A DNA stretch of 61,500 nt from positions 1-61,500 of the forward strand of contig LWCA01000070.1 of NCBI GenBank assembly GCA_001642005.1, given 5' to 3'. The notes under the pieces are model-generated. The model saw only the letters and a program-made list of their open reading frames with translations, made no database searches and was not told the origin of the DNA. The stretch's first letter is position 1. The number at the start of each line of letters is the position of its first letter. Of the stretch, positions 1 to 13,135 are shown piece after piece. The position numbers and the translations under genes are program-made. This DNA comes from Intoshia linei (taxonomy: Eukaryota; Animalia; Orthonectida).

Positions 1-290
1 ATTTTATTAAAACAAAAAATGTGAAATAATTAACGGTCTCAAAATTAAAAAAAAGATTATTCTGATAGAGGTAATTCCAGTTGATATAAATACAAAATTT
101 CAAATTTAGAAATCTACACATTCAGGTGAAAAATAATTAATAATATATTTTCAAATCATTATTTTTCAAATATTTCGATTAAAATAAAAAATGAAAATGT
201 AAATATTGATCCTACAATTTTAAAAAAAATGTGTATTGTGACAAAAAGACATATGGGTGAAAATCTATATAATTTTTTCCTTCAGAATTG
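1..290 (+). mobile_element. Fragment of the non-autonomous Helitron family, inverted relative to the 5.9-6.3 kb copy
   Basis: Reverse complement of about 5960-6255 (ctctatcagaataatc..ttatttcacatttttt..aataaaat). Confidence 0.65.
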
Positions 291-403
291 ATTTCATTGC
301 TACGCATATTTTAAATTTACGTTTAAAATAAAAGGTTGCCGACTCCTGAATTACAACAAATTTTTTTTGTATTTGATATTTTATTGCCAATTTTTACATT
401 TAG

Positions 404-1220
404 CGGCCGACTACTTGGTCGATTTGGAGAAAGAGGTTGACATGTATAATAAAACCATCCAAAATAAAAAAAGAGAATGTGATATATTGCTTGATAAATT
501 AAAGTATGATTAATAATATAAAGTACTTAGTACTAATTTTTTATTTATACAATTAGATACCCCGATGAAACCGACTCTGAAGTAAATGTTAATCATCTTC
601 TGTCCAATCATGAAAAAATGAAATTAATGCAATTATTTGATAATTATGTTGTCGATAAACTCAAAATAAACAGAAATAGACGTATTGATTCTGTCGAAGA
701 TAAATTACAGCAAATAGACCAAGACAAAAAAAATAAAATTGTATGTTAAATGTTATGGTATTCTCATTTTAATTTAGTTTTCTTATGTTTTTAAACCGCT
801 TTACAGTACTGTTGTCAATAGTGTATCAAAATATAATAAAGAATCTTTTATGAATTCACTTAAAATGGTACCAGAAAACCAAGCCTTAATGGCCAAAATT
901 AGAGCCGGTATGTTTTTTTAATTTTATTAGTCAAAAGTATTTTTATATTTATAAATCAATTTGTAAATAAATATGTATAATTACCAAAATGGTCAGTGGT
1001 TCCCAACTTTTTTGTTTAACTGGTCGATTTAAATCGAATTACTAATTAAAATTTTTAATATTTATATGCCATCTTCTCTGTGCATTTTTTTATACATTTT
1101 AAACCTCCCATAAACAACAATTGAGAATCACTAAATTTTGTTTTATTTATCAAATTTAAATTTTTAGACACTATCGACGCAGTTCTAGATTTGAGTGAAT
1201 CAGATATATTTGATGTTTAA
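404..1220 (+). CDS. 3' exons of an unknown coiled-coil protein (5' end lies before the window)
   Basis: Four phase-consistent GT-AG exons (about 404-503, 556-740, 778-907, 1168-1220) give ADYLVDLEKEVDMYNKTIQNKKRECDILLDKL..YPDETDSEVNVNHLLSNHEKMKLMQLFDNY..FSYVFKPLYSTVV..DTIDAVLDLSESDIFDV*. AATAAA follows near 1246. No family recognised. Confidence 0.6.
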
Positions 1221-1257
1221 TATTGTGTATAATTTGTATTTAAAAAATAAATAATTA

Positions 1258-1290
1258 TGTTTACGTTTGTTGTATGGTAATTGTAAACAA
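1258..1290. promoter_or_regulatory. Candidate FOXJ1/RFX ciliary promoter module upstream of AXDND1
   Basis: TGTTTAC (1258-1264) and GTAAACA (1283-1289) are inverted forkhead cores. They flank GTTGTATGGTAAT (1269-1281), a degenerate X-box. The module ends just before the ATG at 1301. Confidence 0.45.
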
Positions 1291-1300
1291 GTCGTTTGAA

Positions 1301-4300
1301 ATGGGTAATTAAAAGTCTAAACTATATATAAAGTATACACCAATTAGACACTATTCCCAAGAAAATTTTGCGAAATTTATCCACCATTGAAATTGAACAC
1401 GACAATCGGGTTTTGTTTACATTTCATTAATTTAGTAATTCATGCATGTAGTTGGATTCAAGGCCATCTAAACACGCTGCATGGAATTATGAGTTAATTC
1501 GGAATAAATATCACCATTTGCTCGACAATATAGTTTGTCAATGTGGTGCAGGAAGGTTTTAATCAAGATTTAATTACATTTTATATTTTTATTAGAGATG
1601 TTTCATATTTACTTGACAAGATTGATAACAAACAAATTTTGACGAAAAGTGTGAAACACTCGGATCAGGTTAGAAAAGAAATTTTAAAGGACAAATTTAT
1701 TGTTTCCGTTAAAGATGAATTGGTACATTTATATAGCTTTATTTAATCTCTCTTTATTAGATTTTATCAATTTTATATCAAGGGAACCAAATGTTTTTTT
1801 TGTCTTTAAACCCTCTAATAAATTTTATAGTTCATTATGTTCATTAAATTTTACTTAAAAGCCTTAAAATGAACATTACATTTTTAGTTGATTCTTATAA
1901 TCCAGTAATCTCAAATAGTAATATTAATCAGTCTTTGTCGACTCGTAATCTTAAATTTTTATTTTATTTACAGCCTCATCACATTCCAAAGACATTGATA
2001 CCTGAAGAATATACGCTTGTTAAAGATGCTGGAACATTGGGATTAGAATACCGTACAGAGTAATGTTGTATAAATGATTATTCATTTTGTCTAGTAAATA
2101 CACAACAAATTGTCAAAATCATGAAAAACATTTGGTAGATTTTCCTTCTTTGTAATCATATTTTTAAAAATTTTGTCATTTCAATTTAGAACTCCTGGAG
2201 GTAGAGCTGAAGTGATTGTTTTAAATGACACTATGGATAAAATGATTGAAAGCATGGACAATCGAATTGTCGATGGTATACCCCAAGAAGAATATAACGT
2301 AATCTTAAAAACATACATGTATACCAATGGTTCTCAACGGTGGGTAAATCACACATAAAAAACGATTTTTCTATATTATTTCACAAAATACATAATTTAA
2401 ATTTAAAATTAAAATTTAATTAATTTAAAAAAATGAGTGTGAATTTTGGTTTAGTTTAGTTTGGAATTTTTGATTCTAAAAAAAGATTGATACCACTGAT
2501 GAATACGACTCAGTGTGTGACAAGGCTAAATTGGACCGACCAAGAATTAATTATTATTTTTTAATAACACACATAATGAACAATTAAAATTAAGATTATT
2601 TACAAAAAATGTTAATCAAAAATTTTAGATTGAAAGATTTATGAAACTTTTAAGAAACGAGCAACATGTTTACAATGTCATATTCAACGAAATTATCAGA
2701 CAGGTTTATTTTATCGATATTTTCAAGTGAGATTCTCAATAAAATTTTCAGAAAGGCATAGTCACTTTCCGATTATTTTTATGTAATTTAAGGTACCAGT
2801 CCTACATCAAATTACAAAATGGTGTTTCAAGTTAATTTTTATATTTCATTTTTCATATAAATCAATAACTACATGTATGTAGCTTGTCTGTTATGTATTT
2901 TGTACAAACAGTATTTAGCTTTGCCGTGGGCGACGTTTCCAGGTGTTTTCCAATTTTTTATAATTTACATTATATGTATATTTAGGTTACCGTCAATTGC
3001 ATCGAGAGAGGAACAATACTTGGTAAAATCCGTGAATACTATTTAAAATTGTTTGTCAATGTTGAAGATGAAATGCTATCTATGCATAATCAAGTTTTAT
3101 CTTATAAGGCTATTCATTCAAGATTGTCTGAAAAGCTCGTCAATTTTCAAAATAACGTTTTCGATTTGACAGAGTAGGATTTATGTTTACTAGAAATACC
3201 CACTTCATGCATACTAGCTTGGCTGTTTTGTACTTGGTACAAACAGCACCTAGCCTTGCCGAGGGCGGCTTTTTAATTTTACCAAAAAAATAAAATGTTA
3301 CATAAAAAAAATTAAGTAAAAAAAGTCCTAAATACACACTTGAAAATATGGTAAAAAAAGTTTTTGTTTGTATTAACTGCAGATAACTGTATGACCTGTC
3401 ATTTTTTTTAAAATTCTGGACTATTTTAATTTTATTTAAAAAGGGTAATTTCTGGTTTTGGCCCTGAAGAAAATTTTGAAATTTAAATTTATGACAATGT
3501 TCATGATTTTAAAATCTGTATCATAGTGTATATTTTTTAAACTACAACTACTGTATAATATTAGGGATAATTAGTGTTTTTGACCAGTAAGATGAAGTTT
3601 CTGAGTTTGAAATTTATCTTACTTTCACCCCATAAAAAAACTAGTGAAATTATGAAATTTTTTAAATTATAGGACTCTTAGTTATTGAAATAAATGATAA
3701 CATACAGATAGACATACAAAGAGTTTTATATAAGTTGAGGTAAAATACAATTGTACATTTCAAGTATAAACTTGGTGAATTGTGTTAAAATCGTTGTATA
3801 TCTTTAATCTAAGATTAGTATAGTAAGGTGAAAATTATTGATGCAATGATTCCAAATACAGCAAAACCTACAGTACTCAGAGACCCTTTGTTGGCCTCAA
3901 CGAGATTTTTATAAAATGATACTTCATTTTCCCAAATTGAACATTTAAAGAAATTATATTTTGAATATCAACAATTTTGTGTCATATTTAAAATATCTAA
4001 TTCAAAGTCTGGACTCCAGGCCCGTGAAGAGGTGGCTAGGGTTATATGTCACTAATCATCGTTTGCAAAATTTTAGGGATCTAAATCTCATTTTAAAATG
4101 TGGCTCAGCACGGTAGGTTCGGCGCTGATTTCAAGGAACGAAAATCACTAATTGGAAATCGTCAAATTAGAATGTTGAGAATTTGAATCCAGTTTGATAT
4201 CATTGCACAATATTATAATTTACACAATGTGTTATTAATTAATAACTTATTACATAATTAGAGAACTTGAATTGGTAAGACAAAATGAAAAATCTATTAA

Positions 4301-7300
4301 TTTGGATTCTATACAAGCGAAAATGGAAGTAAATCAACTTTTTTAATACACCTCATAATTCATAATTATGAATGTTACGAATTACAAATTTTGATATTGT
4401 TTTAGTTGAAAGAAGTAATTGCAGTATCCACTAAAAATGTTGGACTGTTGAATGAATATCATTCAGTATATGAATTACAGAGAGAACGTCTTTTGGAAAA
4501 TATTATGATCAAACAAACTGAATCGGACATGTGGTGTAAGGCTGCTTACAAGCTTGCTATGCAGGTATAAATTTAGTCGCTTTATCATTATTTTTAATTA
4601 TGTGGGTTTTGATCGTGAAGATTAAAGTTTTTGATGTGAAAAATTGAAATTGATAATAATTATTGACTGAAATTTATCTTAATTAAAATAGGAAAAAATA
4701 GGTTTGAAATTTTTTTTTTGAAAATTCTGGGACTTTCAGTTTTCTTAATAAATGGTTACACACTAAGGTGTGTCCTAAAAAACTTTTTCTAAACAATGCA
4801 AAAGTAGCCAACGGGGAAAGATGAAACTTTTTATTGCGATTAAGATGATGTGCTTGAAAATAACTAACTCTCAAAAAAACCCTTGACTTTTTGCATTTTA
4901 AACTAATTTTTAATACAATTTTTCAAAAACGAACATGAACTTTATTAAAAAAAATTGGTGTGGTAACGATGTGAATTCATGCGTATAAATAGTATATGTA
5001 ACATTTGTGAATATATATAATGTACATGGTTATCAGAGTTTATCAGAAATCGTTCTCAATAAAACCCTATTTTACCCAAAAATTCATAAAAAACAGAATT
5101 TATAGGATAGAGGGTTTCTTGGTCTTTTTCTAACAATTATGACATTTCAAATACATGATTTTGTTCGCAAGAATTTTTATTATATTTGTATTTGGCTACT
5201 TTTGTGAATTTAGTTAATAGAACTAATTAGCAGTGAAAATAAGATTGATCNAAATTCTGGGACTTTCAGTTTTCTTAATAAATGGTTACACACTAAGGTG
5301 TGTCCTAAAAAACTTTTTCTAAACAATGCAAAAGTAGCCAACGGGGAAAGATGAAACTTTTTATTGCGATTAAGATGATGTGCTTGAAAATAACTAACTC
5401 TCAAAAAAACCCTTGACTTTTTGCATTTTAAACTAATTTTTAATACAATTTTTCAAAAACGAACATGAACTTTATAAAAAAATATTGGTGTGGTGACGAT
5501 GTGAATTCATGCGTGTAAATAGTATATGTACATTTGTGCGTATATATAATGCCATGGTTATCACAGTTTATCAGAAATTCTTCTCAATAAAACCCTATTT
5601 TACCCAAAAATTCATAAAAACAGAATTTATAGGATAGAGGGTTTCTTGGTGTTTTTTTCTAACAATTATGACATTTTAAATAAATGATCTTGTTCGCAAG
5701 AATTTTTGTTATATTTATATTTAGCTACTTTTGTGAATTTAGTTAATAGAACTAATTAGCAGTGAAAATAAGATTGATCAATTTTATAAAAAATTAAAAT
5801 TTTTTTTTTTAATTTTAAAGTTTATACGGGATTCATTAAATTTGTAGGACCCTGAAGTTTAAAATTGATCTATACTGAATGAGGATTTGAGGATTTAATA
5901 AATATATGGCATAATATTTTTAGATTAATTTTTTTATTACTATTTTTCAGATTTTTATTCCGAAGGAATGAATTATATAGATTTTCACCCATATGTCTTT
6001 ATTGGAAATGTGTAGAGGTGCAATGAACATTTTTTTTGAAATTGTAGGATCAATACTTATATTTTCAATTTTAATCGAAATATTTGAAAAATATTGGTTG
6101 ATAATATATTAAAAATTATTTTTCACCCGGGAATGCGTAGATTTCTCAATTGAAATTTTGTATATATAAATAATTGGAATAAGCTCTATCAGAATAATCC
6201 TTTTTTTTAAGTTTTTGACCGTTAATTATTTCACATTTTTGGTTTTAATAAAATATTTCGGAAAAAAAATATATGAATACTAAAATGCTTTTTTGACCGT
6301 GAAATCGTCACTTATTCGGATAGAAATTTTTTCTGTGTGTTAACAGAATACAACTGTACCACCTGTAAAATTTTTTGAAATTCTAGGGCTGTTTTTATTA
6401 AAAAAAGAAGGGTAATTTAGGGTTTTGGCCCTGAATATATAATTTTTTTAAATTTAAATTTATGATAATCTTTATGATTTTAAAATCCGCATCAGCGTAT
6501 ATATTTTTTTAAATTCTCCAACTCGTTTGATTTTCAAAAGGAGGGACAACAGGGGTTTTTGACCCTTAAGATGTGAAATTGGGAGTTTGAAATTTATCTT
6601 ATTATACGTCCCGGAAAAAACTGTAATTGAAATGTTGTCTTTAAAAAATTCTAAGAGTGCTAGTTATTTCAAAAAAGTAACACACACACACACAGACACA
6701 CAAACAAAAATAGCGTCGCATTTTATATAAGTTAGGATTGATTTTTAAATATTTAAAAAATGGTCATGTCTAAGTTTTTAATTGAAAATTCTACTCATCA
6801 ATATTCTAGAAATTTTTATTCATGTATTTTGTAATTTGTATGCATTTTGCCTTTATTTAGGTGGAATTTTATTCAATGTTTCTAATCAACTCTATTTTAG
6901 ATGACAAATTGTCATAATATTAATGCAGCAAACTATTTACACGTGGCTGAACGAGCGTGGTCAAAATTGGTCAATTTTTTTGTGTTATTAGTACAACAAG
7001 AAAATGGAAAATTGGTTAAGAAAATTAGCATTGAATCTTCAAATTGGAGAGATTGGATGGATGATTTGCACATTAGGTTATGTCATCGGGAACAGATACT
7101 TTGTAAAAGATTACATACAATTGCCTCATCGTTTTTCCTTCTTTACAATAAATTCACCAAATTTGCAAAGTACGTTAATTTACATGTTAAAATATAACTA
7201 AATTACAATGACGATTAAATATTACACTGTATGGTAAGCAATTCCTAATGGAACTAATTTATAATGTGAATTATATAAGTCAACTAGGTTGACTGATATA

Positions 7301-10300
7301 TACTACGTACAAACAGCACCTAACTCTACTGAGGGCAAATTTTTATTCTACCAAAAAAGTAAATTCACGTTGAAAATCTAACTTAAAAATCATACTATTC
7401 ATTATTATCAATCCTTTAGAGGAGTGGTTCCCAAACTTGTTTCAGGTGGAACCGTCATATCACATTACTTTTTACTTTAGAGGGAATTATTCCATCTTAA
7501 TTTTTTGTTTGTTAACATTTGCTTAAAGAATTTTAAAAACAATTATCCAATTTTTTTAATTTATTAGACAGAATGTGTGTATAATATTAAAAATAAAGTA
7601 AAAACAATCCAATCCTAAAAATTGTCATAAATAGCATAAATTACAGAAAAAATAAAATTATAAAAACCTATTTTGTCATTTTCAATGTGATGATATATAT
7701 TCAGTACCAATTTAATAAATACCTAAAAATACCAATTATGTATCAATAATTAACCGAATCTTCACTTTATAAACATTTCAGTCGAATTTTACCATTATTG
7801 CAAAGAAATGTAATAAATATAAAAATAATATTAACAAAGTTGTATTACTTTTAGTTTCTATTTAAATTGTATTCAAAATGTTTTGAAAATGAAAATTTGA
7901 GATGTAAAAATTGCGTAGAAATGAAAAAATTTCCGAAGGAATGAGTTATATAGATTTTCACCAATATTTCTTTATTGGAAATGTGTAGAAGTTCAATGCA
8001 CATTTTTTATGAAATTGTAGGATCAATATTTACATTTTTAATTTTTATTTTAATCGAAATATTTTGAAAAATAATGGTTGAAAATATATTAAAAATTTAT
8101 GAATTTTTAAAATACATTATTGTGGATGCTACGTCGAGTCTCCCTCTAATTAATTGTAATTTTACTTAGTGCATTTGAAAAATCACCTCACAATGAAAAA
8201 CAATTTAAAGAGAATGTAAATAATGTTGATCAAGATTTGTCTGATATATCGACAGTATATTCAAATTGTATACATTTCAAACTGGGTAGATTAATAAGAT
8301 TTCTTTGCGATTCCTCTGGTTTTTCTAACCTAATCTTGCTATATTTCTAGTACTACTAGTGAAATTACAAATTATTATTTTTTAGGTTCCAAAATAAATT
8401 TGCGACTAATTATACACTGTACATTGTAGATAACACGATTAAATATTGTTAATTCATGAAACTTGTGAGTACATCTAACCAATTTTAAAATGGATATAAA
8501 AAAATTTCGAAGTATATATAATTTAGGCTCTTGAAAGGCTATCTATTCAATTTTAAATTTAGTTAGTAAATTGTATTGTTTATTTATGGATACAATATAA
8601 TTTTTTGTTTAGGGTTGTTAGCCTAAAAGAGGTTCAGTACCCTGCTCTAAAATATACAGTATTTTAAACTAAACAGACAAAATCGTTTTGTACATTATAA
8701 CCACACAAAATTTAAATAATGTAATTGCCCAGTTTGAAAATGACTTAAATTGTTAATTTATAATTCTATTAGGAAATTAACATTGCAAACGAAATATTTA
8801 ATGGAAACATTTTATTGGAAGAAGTTGACAATGTAAAATCTGCTACAAAACTGATCAATCTGATTCATAAATTAATGATTGATTTGCTAAAAAGATATAA
8901 TCGACAAAATAATGATCCTATGGTGGTTGAAATCGACGAAATACAATCGGTAATGCTATGACTAGCAATATACACAATGTAAATTGTAATTGTTAGAGTC
9001 CACGACGAAAAAAGTTTGAAACCCTTGAATTAGACTGATTATTATTGGGTGATAAAATAATTTAGTTAAAAGCCTCATAATATTAATAAAATCGGTTTGG
9101 ATATTTTGGAGCATTATTGGACAACCATAATTGTTAGATACTATCTAGATTATAACCCTTCAATTATGTGATATAACCGTGGAAATTTAAATTTATGATT
9201 AATATATAGTAACTTAAATGTGATGTAATTACTTTGTCAATCCTAAGTTGAGTTAAGTACGAGGGTTGGTAGTACTAACTTGGTACGAATTGGAAAATAT
9301 TTCTTAAATATTTACGGCCCAATTAAAAATATTTCATATCTTCATAAATTAATTGTAGAGATACTGGTCATGATTAGAAAATGGTCAAAAATTTTTGGTC
9401 GAAACGGGACGGTTAAGACTGGGAAATATGACCCTATAACAACTATTTTCAATGACTATTTAAGTATTATTGTGGTCCCACGGTTATTTTCTTATATTAG
9501 CGTATTTCAAAATGGTCATTTTTTTAATTGTTATGAACGACATAATCATCGATTTTGATTTAATTAATATCATAATATTTATTTTTTGACAATATTTTTG
9601 TGGTTTCTTTAATGACAATCATCAAAATTTTGTAGGGCTTTGAAGGGAATATTATATTTTTAAAGACTACTTTGGGACCAAAATTTTATAGTGTTTTGAA
9701 GGGAATATTTTTAACATTTTATGGGATCTTCAAAATCTTTACAAATTAAATTGAAAAGATAATATTCTCTTCACAATTTTAGTCTTAAACTAGTCTTTAA
9801 AATTTTTAAACATTAGGTTAAAAAGATAATATTACCTTCAAAGCTTTACAGAGTTTTAGTCCCAAAATTATTAATATAGGATATTAAAAATAATAAATAA
9901 ATATGAATAAAGAAACCACTAAAATTTCGTGAAATTTTTAATGATCTGATAAATAAGTAAAATCAATGATTATGTCGGTCCAGAAAATGAACGTCAAGAG
10001 AGACTACCGTATATTCATGAATCATGAAGATATATATTTTAAGCATTTTTATATTTACGGAACGCAATATTTCACTAAAATAAAACTTAAATTTAGAATA
10101 TATTAAAAATGCACGACATGTATGATTGTCGAATTAACGGAGATAACGGAATAGCAAATGGTATTAACGATGTTATTAATGGAATGGATTTAATGGCAGC
10201 GAGTTTCAGAAAATTAGAAAATAATGATTTATTAAAATTTTATAAAACAAACGCAAAAATTGCAATGGATTGGAATGAACAATTAATCGGAATTCGTAAA

Positions 10301-13028
10301 ATTATTATGGACGAAGACGAGAAACGTAAAAAAATTATTCATGAACGCAACATACAAGACGATGCAAATGAATATGAACAAAACCTGCGTATGAAAAATA
10401 GGTAATTAATTTCATAAATTTAAAATTTCTCAATACTATAAATATTTTAATATTGAGCGTCTACTTTTTTTATATTACCTTTTTACTAAAAATCAAAATT
10501 TACCATCCCATAATGGAAAAATTTAGTTTTACCAACTCTGACATGCAATTCTAAAAAATTTTTTTAATTTTGGGTATTCAATTAGATTTTTTTAATTAAG
10601 CAAACATAACATTCAACTTAAATAATTATAATTTTTAAGTTTTTTGCATTAGATGCAATGTTATTAGAAATACCTTATTGTCAACATGGTAAAGCATTGT
10701 AATAAATACAAAAATAATAATAACAAACTTATACTTTTAGTTCCTGTAGTTTTAAAATAAATTTGGTTAAATTTTTTGAAAATGAAAAAAACCGAAGGAA
10801 TGAATTATAGATTTGCACCCATATTTCTTTTTTAAAAATGTGTATAAGTTCAATACACATTTTTTTTGGAAATTGTATGATCAATATTTACATTTTCAAT
10901 TTTTATTTTAATCGAAATATATTAAAAATTATTTTTCACGGGAATAGGTAGATTTCTGGGGTTGAAATTTTGTATTTAGATCAACTGGAATAAGATCTAT
11001 CAGAATAATCTTTTTTTTTTAATTTTCGGACCATTAATTATTTCACATTTTTTGGTAATAAAATATTTCGAAAAAAAAATATATGAATACTAAAGTGCTT
11101 TTTTGACCGTGAAGGCGTGACTTATTCAGATTGAAATTTTTTTTATATAAAAAAAAATAATTTGCGGTTTTGGCTCTGAAAATATTTTTTTAAATTTATG
11201 ATTTTAAAATCTGTATCAGAGTGTATATTTTTTTAAATTCTCGAACTCGTTTGATTTTCAAAAAAAGGATAATTGGAGGAAATTTATCTTACTTTAACCT
11301 CTGGCAAAAACTATCAAAATCATTTTTGGAAACTACGTTTGTAGACTATAATTTAAAAATCTTAATTTGACGCCAAAGATATTAAAGATTCTACCCAAAT
11401 TATCTAATATTTATAAATTTAGTCCAATTTTGAGTGAATTGTCGAGTTTATTATTCAAATACATTTCGACGATGGAGGCTGAAGTTAAATCGCAGAATGA
11501 ATTTACAAAGGATAAGGTTTAATTTTTTCAAATTCTAATAATATTAATTAACAGTGCAACACGGTTCATAAACACATGATTGCTTTGATGATAAAAATTT
11601 TGATATTAATGAGTTATAATTTTAACGAAGATAATTTAATAAATGAAAAAGTTGACAGTGACGATGAATATGATTGGGAAATTACTGAATTTAACAAAAG
11701 AGCACATTCTGTCAAAAGTGGACACAGCGATAAATCAGATTCAAATAGACTCTCGTCTCGGCACAGTGAAAAGAGCCATGAGAGTAAAAATTCAAGAGAA
11801 AAAATGGATCCAAATGATTTGTACAATATTAAAGTAATTCAATTAGAGGACAGTTACAAGAATATTTCCTTTAATATCAGTGAATGTACAGATTTAATTG
11901 TCAAGTAATATTAATATCTTTTGTGGTGATTCTCTGGGTGTCAGTAATTATACCTGGTAAACTATTCCATAAGTTAGATGAAAAGTAAAAATGTAATGAC
12001 TAGGTTTTTGTCTCTTCGCAAATACAAAAAAATAGACCACACAATATTGTCATTTTAAATTAACATTTTAAAAATTTTTTTATATGTAGTTACTCGTATG
12101 CCTGCATTTAAACATCTTAAGCAAGTATATAATTTAATTTAGGAGATCTACAATGGTAGTGGCTGATTTGCAAAAAAATGGAAATGTAGAAAACCAAAAT
12201 CACCCAGAATTATTAAAATCTCAACTATTGAAATTTACGGTATTGATAAAAAAATTTAATTTTACTAGCCAACACGAATCGAGTAAATTTTATTAATAAT
12301 TCATTAGAATATTAGGATTGCTGTATTTTTGGTTAAGAGCCCTAAATTTATATAAACCAGATACACGTGTATAATGTGTCTTTTCTTTAATGTATAAAAA
12401 AATAGAAAGAGGCTGAATCATGGGTAAATACAGCTAAAGTGTTCATGTATCTCTTACGCCGCGAAAAAATACCCATAGAACTAAGCGAAATTTTTGCTTC
12501 GGAAAAACAACAATCTTTTCACATGTTGCTGGAAAACAATGTCAAAACCACAGTAATATTTAAATTTTGTATAATTATAATCAAATCAACTTAGAATATA
12601 CCTCCAAAATTAAAAGACACTATGAATGTAATAGCTACAGATAATTATCCTAAAAAAGTTGGAATTGATAAAGGAAATAAAAAACACGACCCATCATTCA
12701 TAGAAAAAATCACCAAAAAAGACCCACAATTTGCTAACCCGTCAATTGAAACAATAAAACTTCTGCAAAACTCATTAACGTATTATAAAAAAATAATTTA
12801 AAAACAAAAATTTGTAGTAAATCCGAAGACCGTGCTAATCGCGCGGAAAAACTAATACACCGTTTACAAACATCACTAACAAACGCAAAACAAAAAAACC
12901 GAGAATTGGAATACGACAAAAACGCATTAAAAGAAGAAATTAAAAAGGAATCAGATCGAAAAATATCAAAATCACTAGAAACTAAGCCCGCTGCACAAAA
13001 TAAGAAAAAGAGCACATTTAAAAAGTAA
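1301..13028 (+). CDS. AXDND1: Axonemal dynein light chain domain-containing protein 1 (multi-exon)
   Basis: Spliced translation has WNYELIRNKYHHLLDNIVCQCGAGRDVSYLLD, LIPEEYTLVKDAGTLGLEYRTDKYTT..DFPSLTPGGRAEVIVLNDTMDKM, LRNEQHVYNVIFNEIIRQVTVNCIERGTILGKIREYY and EYHSVYELQRERL..DMWCKAAYKLA. These are colinear with vertebrate AXDND1 motifs (GAGRDISFL, IPEEF, ELIRQVSVDCADRG, EYHDLYTLQRER). The last exon ends ..KKSTFKK* at 13028. Start, end and some middle exons are less certain. Confidence 0.88.
3214..3738 (-). mobile_element. Short non-autonomous Helitron with both ends, in an AXDND1 intron
   Basis: The minus strand begins TCAACTTATATAAAA and ends with the hairpin GCTGTTTGTAC-caa-GTACAAAACAGC just before CTAG|T, the canonical Helitron 3' end. 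No TSD. Body is shared with about 6370-6737. Confidence 0.75.
4700..6737 (-). mobile_element. Longer Helitron-family copy (5' part), containing an assembly duplication
   Basis: 5' end reads A|TCCTAACTTATATAAAA followed by a (TG)n/TCTG microsatellite. Internal blocks recur at 7770-8100 and 10560-11330. Left boundary is approximate. Confidence 0.6.
4722..5780. repeat. ~529-bp tandem duplication across an N at 5251 (likely two haplotypes joined by scaffolding)
   Basis: 4722-5250 and 5252-5780 are near-identical with scattered SNPs and indels, and are separated by a single n. Confidence 0.85.
7284..8100 (-). mobile_element. Helitron-family copy (3' end plus internal block)
   Basis: ctaggttgactg..gtacaaacagcacctaactctactgagggc matches the 3214 terminus. 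The downstream block matches about 5950-6120. Confidence 0.6.
9535..9982. repeat. Imperfect ~450-bp foldback (inverted repeat) element with internal tandem units
   Basis: The left arm (cgacataatcatcgatttt..gtggtttcttta..tttgaagggaatattat) pairs with the right arm (ataatattaccttcaaa..taaagaaaccac..aaaatcaatgattatgtcg). The unit ttgaagggaatatt is repeated. Confidence 0.6.
10560..11330 (-). mobile_element. Internal fragment of the same Helitron family
   Basis: Matches about 5960-6620 (ccgaaggaatgaattata.., ttttgaccgtgaa.., ctcgtttgattttcaaaa). Confidence 0.6.
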
Positions 13029-13135
13029 AAATAAATGTCAGATCAAAATATCAATTTATATAAAAATGTGTACTATTCACACACTAAAACTAATACATTA
13101 CATGGTATAAGGAAACTGAAATATATAAAATGTAA

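Noticed and set aside
4017-4128. GC-richer patch with the A-box-like TGGCTCAGCACGGTAG
   Set aside because: No B box at a suitable distance and no cloverleaf. CAGGCCCG..CGGCGCTG looks like an eroded MITE without a TSD.
4683-5404. Two near-identical 63-64 aa ORFs suggesting a tandem gene duplication
   Set aside because: They lie in an intronic repeat duplicated across an assembly n, start at non-ATG codons, and are not genes.
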